This document shows, in pieces, positions 54,691 to 64,000 of a stretch of DNA of 64,000 nucleotides; positions within the stretch are counted from its first letter, which is position 1, and each line of letters begins with the position of its first letter. The translations under genes were made by a program, and so were the position numbers. The notes below the pieces were generated by a model. It was not told the DNA's origin. It saw only the letters and a list, made by a program, of their open reading frames with translations, and made no database searches. This stretch comes from Camelus dromedarius (taxonomy: Eukaryota): positions 33,606,001-33,670,000 of the forward strand of contig NC_087447.1 of the NCBI RefSeq assembly GCF_036321535.1. The letters are read 5' to 3'.

Positions 54691-55169
54691 CCAGTCTGGT
54701 GCATAGCTATGGTCCTGGGATCTCCTGTCACTTTGTTGTCTTTGGAGTTCTTGGTTTTTCATCCTGTATTGGATCCCCTGTACATCAGTCAGGCTTCAGA
54801 AACCACGCCAGTTATTTTAGACGCATGTGTGTGTCAGGGGTGGGGTGTGTGTGAAGGATGTGGCTTAGCTGGTGCTGGTATCTCTAAGGGGGCACAGTAA
54901 AGTTGCTTCTGTAAGTGATGGGAAACCGCACACTGGATTCAACTTTGCTCTGTCAGGGTGAAGGGTTGCCCATACGATACTCTCAGGAACGGCAAGTAGA
55001 CAGGAAGCAAACCGGAAGGAGCAAGTCCCTTCTTCCTCCTCCAGTAACCCCTTCCCATTTGCAGACTTAACAGGGGGCCAGCTGGCCAAGGTGAAAGGGA
55101 TTGTTAGAGTCTTGTCCTCAGCATCATAGAGCAGAGTATAGAAGTGTCAGTTTGCAGCTGAGGGACAGT

Positions 55170-55740
55170 AAGCTAATAACTGGGACACCTGTTTCCTGAT
55201 TTCTACGTCTTCCTTATTTCCTGGAACTTCCTAAGGAAGACTGCATGTAAGGTAAACTTCTTCAGATCGTTCATGTCTGAAGTGCCCTTAGCCCACCACC
55301 ACAGTTACAGTTTGGCTGAGGATGGCACTCCAGTATGAACATCATTTCCCCTCATTACTTTGAGGACATTGCTCCATTATCTTCTAGCATCTCCTGTGGC
55401 CACTATGTCTGATGCCATGTGCATTTCTGGACCTTTGTGTGTCACCTGTTTGCACTGTTGTAGTTTGATTATTTTCTCTGTGGAAGCTTTTAGGACTTTC
55501 TCTTCATGGCTGGTATGTTGAATTTCATAATGATTTCCCTTAGTTCTGTCTGTTCTTTTTAAAACTCATTCTGCAAAGTATTCAGTGGGTCTTTTCCATC
55601 TAGAAACTCATTTCAATTTTATTGAAATTTATTCAAGCCTTTGATAACTTCTTCACCTCCTTTTTTCTGTCTTCTCTTTCTCTGGAATTCCCACTAATCA
55701 ATTGCAGAATCATCTAATTTTCTCATTATTGTTCTTTTAC
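55170..55740 (-). mobile_element. Old L1M fragment
   Basis: T-rich, with ACTTTGAGGACATTGCTCCATTATCTTCTAGC...TCTGATGCC L1M-like motifs. Confidence 0.5.
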
Positions 55741-56227
55741 TGTCAATTGGGTAATCCCCCTGTGTTCAGGATGGTGCCCCCACCTTCAGCAGTGCCAAGT
55801 ATTCCAAGATAAGAATACTGGTTATCTCCACAGAGTGTACCTCAACCATGGGACATGGAAGGGTATTCAGTTGATTGTGCCAGGCAGGAGCAAAGACACA
55901 AGAGTCTGTGTAATGCCTCTTAGACTTTCAGCCCATTCTTCTGTTCTCAGCTGCACCAGCACTCTGAATTTCAGATGTATTTGGTGCTTTCAATTTCTGA
56001 ATCTCTACGGATTGAGAGAATGAACCAGCTTCCTTCAGTCCCCACTTCAGGCTTTGGTTTCCATTTTCTCTGGTCTGTTAAGCTGGTCTTTCTTGCCCAC
56101 CTGCTTTTTATCTCTTGTGATCTAGCTTTGACTCTGTCAGCATCACTGAACAGGATCTTTATTAATAAGAGGCAACAGAGACATGATCACCTTAATTGGA
56201 AAAGATGGTAAACATGCTTCAGAGGTT

Positions 56228-56665
56228 GTGGTAGACTGTTGCAGTAACGAACCAAGATATCCATGACCTTGTGTAGTTCGCTCCCACACTGAAGCTGGGC
56301 TTGGCCACTGAATCTATGACCTGCCGATGGGATATTAGCAAATGTGAGTTCAAGCAGAGGCTAGGGCACTGGGTCTTATTCTCTGGCTGCTGGGAACCCT
56401 GAGCCCACCAGGTGGAGAAACAAAGCCAAGCCTCCTGGATGGTGAGACCACATGGAAGGAGAAGCCAAACCATCCAGCAGAGCCCAACCTTCAATCATAC
56501 CAGCTCCCAGCTGATTGCAGATATGTGAGCTAGTTACTTTCAGCAGCAGATCCACCTGCAGGAGCCTAGCCCTAATCACTGACTCACACAGTTGTGAGCA
56601 CATAAAATACTTGTTTTAGGACATTAATCTTGGGGTGATTTGTTATGCATGTGATAACTGATACA
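56228..56665 (+). mobile_element. MaLR LTR (MLT1F/G-like)
   Basis: Starts TGTGGTAGAC; ends GGGGTGATTTGTTATGCA...GATAACTGATACA. Confidence 0.65.
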
Positions 56666-59600
56666 GTGGTGTGACACTGAAGCTTTCTCTTTTGTTCCCT
56701 TGGCATGTATAGCTCTTACACATCCAGGCTAGGCTGTTTTGTTCTAAGTGTCCTTGCAGGTTTAGACTTGTCTTTAGCCCTGTATTACCATTTTAGTGTG
56801 GTTTGGGGAATGAGTAAAATTACACGTATATGTCAGTTCCACCACATTTAACTGGAAGTTTCCATTCACTTCTACTTCATCAGCCCAACAGTATTTAGTG
56901 AGCACCTAGTAGGTTTGAGCAGCATTGGGCACTTGTAATGCAACTCTCACTTAATCTTTACAATAACACTGCATCAGGCGTTCGTTTCTTCCTTTAACAG
57001 TTGTGACCAAGACTTAGCAAGGTTAAGTGGCTTGCTAGAGGTTACATAAGTAGTAAGGAGCATTGTTAGGGTGTGTGCCCTCAGCTGAGCGTCGACAAAG
57101 CCCCAGTAGTTTTGACACACTAACAAAAAGGAACAACAGAGGCATGGACATCTTAACTGGGGAAGGGGGACCATCTGTCTCCAAGGGACTATCTTGGGTC
57201 TTTCTCTTTCTCTCCTCTGTATCTTCGGATCAAGGCTCTGCTAAGCACTGTTGTCAGCACTGCTTGCGGTCTCTTCTTATTGGGGGAAGATTGGTTGGTG
57301 TTACTTATAGGACATTTTCCCAGGGTAAATGGTAGTTTCTGATCGTGCTCCTCAGTGGTGAGTGGGGAGCTGAGCCCTGTGAGGCTCAATGTGGTTAACG
57401 GCTGTTGAATGGTTAAAACTCCAGGCATTGCTTGGGAAGTATTCCCAGAAGGCCACCAAATGACTTTTGTGCTCTGTGTACAGGAAATTAAGTGCCGAGA
57501 AAAGTGCATTTAATTTAGATCCATCTGGTTTGTGTTGCTTCTTTCCCTTCTTTTTTCTGCAGCAAAGAGACCTACTCAAAGATACTTGTGATTACTTTAA
57601 CCTTCTAGGAAGACAGGGTTTTGTCAGCCCAGCATGCTGAAGAGCAGAGGGAAAAACTGCTCTAGTTTTAATTGTTAGTCATCTCAGAACAGAGCTCATC
57701 GTCCAGGGTGCCGGCTACCCGGGACACAGAATCTGGGAGGAAGGAAAGGGTGTCTGGTTGAGAACACTGGGTCTAAAAGAATGAGTGGTCCCTGCTGGAA
57801 AATGGTCTCTTCCAGTAACTTCGAGCCAGCATGTGAACCCCTGGAAGCTTTGATGAACACTGTCACTGGGTTCCAAGCACAGAAACCAAACCCATACATT
57901 CTGGATGTTCCATGTGGCCCCAACTTCTAGGTATTGGGTCATGAGTTTGGAATAACTAGTCGTAAATCTATAAACCATGTGGATTTATAATAAAAGACGT
58001 CTGCATCAAGGAATCCTATATGGCTGTTATTTAAAAATAAAAAGGTAGGTAATAATTTTCTTTTATTAAGCATTTAACCACACGCCAATTGCTATTCTAG
58101 GTGTTTTCCTAATTTTAAAAAATTTTTTCCTCCCAGTATAACCGTAGGAATATGTCCTGTTATCATTCTAGTGTTACAGATAAGTATACCAAGGCACAGG
58201 GAGGTTAGCTGGATAGCTGAACGTCTGTGGTTAACGGGTGATGGAGCTGGGTTTGAATCCAGGTGACCTGCCCTTGGAGCCCAGGGACCACCTTGGGTCT
58301 GGTCACATAGCCAGCTGGTATCACGGCTGCCTCTGGGGTGAAGGACTGAGGGCGAGTGGATGGAAGGCTTTCCCCTTCCACTTGACCAAAAGCTATACTG
58401 TTTGAGTTTTTCCCCTAAGCGTGTGCTACTTGTTTGCTTTAAATATATATTATGAGATGACTAACAGCATGCACATAAAGGAAAAGCAGGCACATTCCCC
58501 ATTTTTACAACATAGCTTTGAGTTAGGACAAGGCACTAGCTATATTATGTCAATTGTAGGACTGTACTGAGGTACCAGGCAAGTGTAGGTCGGGAGCCAG
58601 GAACTAGAACAGAAGTCAGGAATCTGTGCACAGGAAGTGAATTATCTTCGGATAAACTACCCATAAACACCTGTGGGCAAGTGGGCAGGCTTAAAGCAAG
58701 CCCATGGGACAGAGCAGTGGGTTGGAAATCATGGCGGTAAATGCAAACTAAGAGTTCAGAGCCTGGGGGGCAAGGCAAGGGGACGATCAGCTAGAAGTGC
58801 GGGCACCTGGCAGCCAGAAGACCCAGAGGGACAAAAAGGGCAGATCAGGGTGAGATGTAAAGAGAAACAGATGTGAGGTCCTGGGAGGAAGAAAGCAAGC
58901 ATCTACCTTGGCCAGGAAGCCACTTAAAGTTTCTGATACAGGGCCTTGAAGGCAGCTGAAGGTGAAGAGAGGGAGGAAGGGGAGGAGGGTGTACCTGGCT
59001 GAAGAGGGGGGCGTGGAGGCAGAGAGAGACAAGAGTAAGTCCTGCCATCTCCACACTGAAAACCGCTTTGAGTTCGGCGTAGCGCTTCTACATGTGTGAT
59101 AATTTTGCAAGGTTTTCCTCTGAAATATGCACACGTTTGTGAGCATGCAGGCTTCGCTTTCATCTTAGCAAGAAGAGACATCTCTGAGGCATGGGGATGG
59201 GGTCTGAGCATTTGCAGTACGACGTCTGCCTTGCTCACCACTCTAACCCTGCACCTAGTACCAGGCAGTTCACACAGTAACAAATCACTCATTATTCACT
59301 TAATTAATGTTTGATGAATCTGTGAAATTTATGAATACCACTGGGAAAGTTCTGCTGTATCTTGTAATGATGTCAAACCCTTTTTGGGGGCTTCACTTAG
59401 CAATCTTCTTGATAACAACAGTTTTGACTGCCACCATTTGTTGAGCACTTAAATGTGCTAACCTTTTGTTTTAAGTAACAGGTGGCCCAACCCAAATTTT
59501 GCCTTAAAAGTCCAAGAACTGATCAGACTGAGTCAGGTAAGGTTTGATCAGGGGTCTGCCTTGGTTTCTCTGTGATTTGGCTCTGCCCTATTCCATGTGT

Positions 59601-59974
59601 TGGCTTTCATCAGGCCAGATTTTACCCTTGGATGCAATGCCTTCTGGCAGAAGCTGAGGACACACAATCCCTCATTCATATCCAGGAGGAGAGAGAAAGA
59701 GGAGAGAGAAGGAGAGAGAGAGACCACCTCCTACCATCAAACAGCATTTCTGGACTGACTCTGACAGAACCAAACTGAAGTAACGAGGAGAAAACCACAT
59801 GTTGATGGGCATAGCCTAGGTAACGCATCCCTGAACCAATCCCTGAACCAGCAACAGGGCTGGGAATATCCTGAGTGAGTAGGTCCAGGATGGCCTATGC
59901 CTGGAGCTTGGGATGCAGGCCATCCTAACTAAATTGCATGGCTGCTTTCAAAAGGGGAGAGAGATGAGGCAAGT

Positions 59975-60215
59975 GGGAAGGGATAAATTTGGGAGTTTGA
60001 GATTTGCAACTGTTAGCCACTATATACAAAAAACAGACTTTAAAAACCAAGTGTCTTCTGTATAGCACATGGAACTATATTCAATATCTTGCAATAACCT
60101 TTAATGAAAAAGAATATGAAAATGAATATACATATGTATATGCATACTGGGACACTGTGCTGTACACCAGACATTGACACGTTGTAACTGACTGTACTTC
60201 AATTAAAAGAAAAAA
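59975..60215 (+). mobile_element. LINE-1 3' end
   Basis: GGGAAGGGATAAATTTGGGAGTTTGAGATT...GCTGTACACCAGACATTGACAC...CTTCAATTAAAA. Confidence 0.85.
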
Positions 60216-61451
60216 GTGAGGGAAAGTGAAAAATGGATATTAAAGAGCCAAACGAAAGTCTATTCACTTAATCCTCACAACATCCTGTGAATTAGATCCC
60301 ACAGAGAGAAGGGAAGAATGACCTCCAAGAAGTCAAGCAACTTACTCAAGATTCCAAGGCTAGTAGGTAGCAGTGTTGGGATCCAGACCCAGATCTGTCT
60401 CACTCCAAAGCCCACGCACCTGACCACTAGACTATCCTCCCCAAATCCTGAGACAGTGCATGACTCTCTCTGGTTGCCTCTAAGAGAAACCTGTTCTTGT
60501 GATCACCTCCGGCTGTGCTGGGGAGCTCCTCGGGCCCAGGATGAATTCTATCTAATAAGATGCAAGGACTCTCCAGAAAGCCTAGCTCATGAGATCAACT
60601 TCAGAGGCTGCCAGATTCCAGCCTCACTTTGGGGAGCAGCACACATCTACTTGGGCTCTGACCGAGAGGTTGCTGTAAACCCAGGGCACAGTCTCCGTCC
60701 TCCTCTCAGCGGTCATTTGTCAAGCAGTTACTGAGCATCTGCTCTCTGAGGACCCATCTGTCTGAACCAAAGTCTTTCATTTCGGTCTGTTCTTTTGTTT
60801 GTCACGCCTAGAAGCACTCTCCTCCTCCCTTGCATTGAACCTCCTGGATTAACGCTGGCAATTTTTTTCAGATCTGCACCCCACCTGTTTCTTTTCTTTA
60901 GCCAGAGCGTCCCTAGGATAGTAACTTGATTTATCTCTTCTGCAAATTTCAGTTAATTGACAATGGCGGCCTTAAGAAGGAGTCAGAGTCTAATTCTAGT
61001 CTCTGAGAGCAAGCACGTCATTATCAATTATGAATGTCTGCCATGGGAGGGGAGGTCGGAACTGCAGCCTGTCTAGTGGGTGTTTGATATTCCTGGACCC
61101 AGACACTCCCCAAGGCTTCATGTCTGGCAGTCACAGAACCAGTTGCCCCTATTGCTCGAGTTCTCTGTGGGTGAATTTTGTGAGCTAGCGTAATAGTGAC
61201 AAGCTCTGGTCCTCTGCCTGCCTTCTCCATAGCTCTGAATGAGATTGAGCTGTTTACATGTTAGGTACCAGCATGAAGGAGAAGTCTGGAGAAAAAGACA
61301 AGCAAGAGTGAAAAGGCTGAGTATAGGCCCAAGAACTCTGATGTAGGATGTCTGGGCTGACTTCAGCTAAGTCTTAGCTCATTCTGTGCCCTCGAGCAAG
61401 TCTCTGCCCTTCCAAAGGCCTCAGTTTCCCCATGTAACGTTACACAACATT

Positions 61452-61630
61452 AGGGATTCTCAGTAGGAATAAAGCCACCTCCTGGAGGGGGGGGGGATCT
61501 GGACTTCTATAGGGGCATTTTTCAGTGTCATAATAATTAGAGGCTGCTTCCAGAATTTACCGGGCAGGGGACAAGAACGTTAGATACCCTATAGTATCCA
61601 GGACAGTTCCTCATGAAGAACTGTCCCACA
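61452..61630 (+). mobile_element. MER20-related fossil
   Basis: Diverged MER20-like motifs (GGCATTTTTCAGTGTCATAAT, CAGGACAGTTCC). Confidence 0.45.
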
Positions 61631-61819
61631 CCCAACACAAATGTCACACGTCCTACTGGGTAGACGAAGAACTTGTTCATTGTTATCTGACTCTGGAATC
61701 TACCTCTGCTTTAAATATGAACACTGTTTTTTTGTACATCCAGTATACATTGAATTTTTGAAAAATGGAAATTACCATGGAAATCAAGGGTCAAGTACAT
61801 CTTTTAAAAATAGTTGTGA

Positions 61820-61868
61820 TTTCTGAAACTAATACAGTACGATAAGTCAACTATATTTCAATAAAAGA
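61820..61868 (+). mobile_element. Very short L1 3' terminal insertion
   Basis: CTGAAACTAATACA...TCAACTATATTTCAATAAAA between TSD-like AAAAATAG(T/C)TGTGA (61806-61819 / 61869-61882). Confidence 0.65.
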
Positions 61869-61882
61869 AAAAATAGCTGTGA

Positions 61883-62410
61883 CTTACATACTATAAAATT
61901 TACTAATTTTTAAAGTGTTATCAGTTCGGGTAGGGTTCTAATCAATTCAGTGATGCGGCAAAATTGGTAAGTTGGGCAACCATCACCACAATGCAGTTTC
62001 AAAACAATTCCATTCTCCTAAAGTGTTCCCTTGGGTCTGTTTGCGGTCAGTTCTCATGCCCACCCCCAGCCCTAGGCAACCACTGATCTGTTTACTGTCT
62101 CTATAGATTTGTCTTTTCTAGAATTTCACATCAATAGACTCATACAATATATAGTCTTCTGACTTAGCATCGTATTTCTTGAGGTTCACCCACACTATGC
62201 CATAAATTATTAGTTTATTTCTTTTTATTGCTGGACAGTATTCCATCACATTACCACACTTAAAATCCATCACCGGTTGATGGACATTTGGATTGTTTCC
62301 ATGTTTCCGTTACTACAAATAATGCTACTGTGAATATTCCTTACATCTCTTTGCATGGACATATGTTTTGCATTTTTCCTGGGCATAAACTTAGGAGAGG
62401 ACTTTGCTAG
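61883..62410 (-). mobile_element. Old L1M (L1MB/MC-like) 3' region
   Basis: CCCCAGCCCTAGGCAACCACTGATCTG, GTTGATGGACATTTGGATTGTTTCCA and similar L1M 3' UTR motifs. Confidence 0.8.
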
Positions 62411-64000
62411 GTTATTTTATTCTTATTAATTTTTAATTAAGAGTTGTTGAAATTCTTTTGGAACTCATTTTGGAAAATCGACACTGCTCATGGTATCTGA
62501 GTCACAGGTACAATACTCCCGTATCTATGAGCATTTGGCGATTTGACAGTCATATACATCAAGTCCTATATATGATTTTGTGTATAGGTACAGGCTTCTG
62601 ACTTCTTCATTATGTCTCCAGCTGGGCTCTACCCAGACATTTCTATATTCAATTAGAATATAGAATATATTCCATATTCAACTCAATATAGATAACTTTA
62701 TATATTACCTTTAATGAAATTAATTTCTTCACTATAATAAGGATATAATAATTTCTAGAAATCGCATATACAGGTGACATATTATTTATAAGTTTCATTT
62801 CAGGAGAGTAAAGAGGGTATCAAAATTTTTTTTTTTTATAGAAAGAGGGTCTCAGGACAGATTGGGAAGGACTGGTGATTTTAAGGGCGCTGATACCTGT
62901 GAGTTTTAAATTCTGTGCTCAGAGAGGCTTAATTAGAAGGGCAACTGGTAATCCAGATTTGAACCAAAGAGCAAATCTAAGCAGTTGTCTTGCACCAGTT
63001 GCTCTGATCATCAGATTGTGGCCTAGATTCAGATTCAGGCCAGAATCTGAGAGACTGAGAGGGATGAACAAACCCCAGAGAACCATCATGAAAATTACCA
63101 GAAGACCTTCAGATTCTATCACTCAGCCGGAGTTTCAGAGTGAATCACAGACTCAGGCTGACCCCGCCGGCCCCGCCCTGAGAAACCCACAACCACATCT
63201 AGCCCCACTCTACAAATGCACAAAGGGAGGTCTGGATAAGGGGTTGGGGAGTGGGGAGACAGACCACCCATATGGCCAGCTCAGGTCGGGAGCCTGGGAG
63301 CCAGATAATGAGAGGCCCCTTCAATTAGACATTATTCAGTCATTTAGAGCAGGGTCCGAGCCATGCAGGGAAAGGCTGAGATGGAGAACACAGAGGAGAG
63401 TAAGACCAGAGAACATGTCCAAGCCGCTCTGGCCCAGACTTGCCTCCCGTCCAATTAACCTGACCAACCTTCCCAGCTCAGAAGGCAGCACTTACCTGTT
63501 GTTACTCCAGCAATGGCGTTTGGAAGGTCTCACCACCTGGGCCCACTTAAGTGGTTTATCGAAGTACACCTGTGTTACTTTACCTCCATGGAGTTCTGGA
63601 ACACAAAACGATCTCTATCCCTGTACGTTTATCGCTGCGTTTTGGCCCTCCTTGCAGGGACTGGAGACAGTAGATTTGTCCTTTGACCTGGCTCTGCGGT
63701 CGGTCAGGCTCTTCCCACTGTCCTGGCTACCTCGCCAGTTAAAGAAGAGAGGGACATCCGTGAGAGCAGTAAATCCGACCCTGGGGAATAAAGGCCATGC
63801 AGGAAGGTAGCCCAAGCGTGACCCTGGGACCCTGTCTCCACCGCTCGTAAGTCTGGTAGACAAAAAAATCCCAAGGTTGGGCTCAGCAACCCCACTCCCA
63901 ACCCCGCCCGGGGGCCCTCACGGAGGGGTGGGGACCCTGTGTGCTGGGCTGAGATTTTGACACCCCTGGTAAGGTTATCATTCATCTCTGGTTTTGGGGT

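Noticed and set aside
62875..64000. Endogenous retrovirus pol/env fragment
   Set aside because: No RT, integrase, Env CX6CC or LTR/PBS motif visible in the frames I read.

Overview
Mammalian genomic DNA, most likely a camelid: it carries tRNA-derived vic-1-type SINEs and no Alu, B1, Bov-A/B or PRE-1 elements that I could see. The left ~36 kb holds coding exons 1-12 of SLC6A5 (glycine transporter GlyT2) on the minus strand, from the ATG at 36311 to exon 12 ending at 34; the remaining 3' exons lie off the left edge. All introns are GT-AG and the exons sum to 1869 nt (623 codons) with an intact frame. Upstream (rightward) are a promoter region and CpG island (~36.3-39.2 kb), then ~25 kb of repeat-rich intergenic DNA (MIR, L2, L1, MaLR LTRs, DNA-transposon fossils, SINEs). 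I found no clear novel system. The best leads are a near-consensus REST/RE1 site in intron 1, a ~40-bp-period GCAAGCAGG array next to the exon 3 acceptor, an unexplained 311-codon ORF overlapping an opposite-strand exon-like segment at the right end, SINE copies with unique 3' extensions, and several local duplications. Repeat family names come from recall of consensus sequences, not a search, and their boundaries are approximate.
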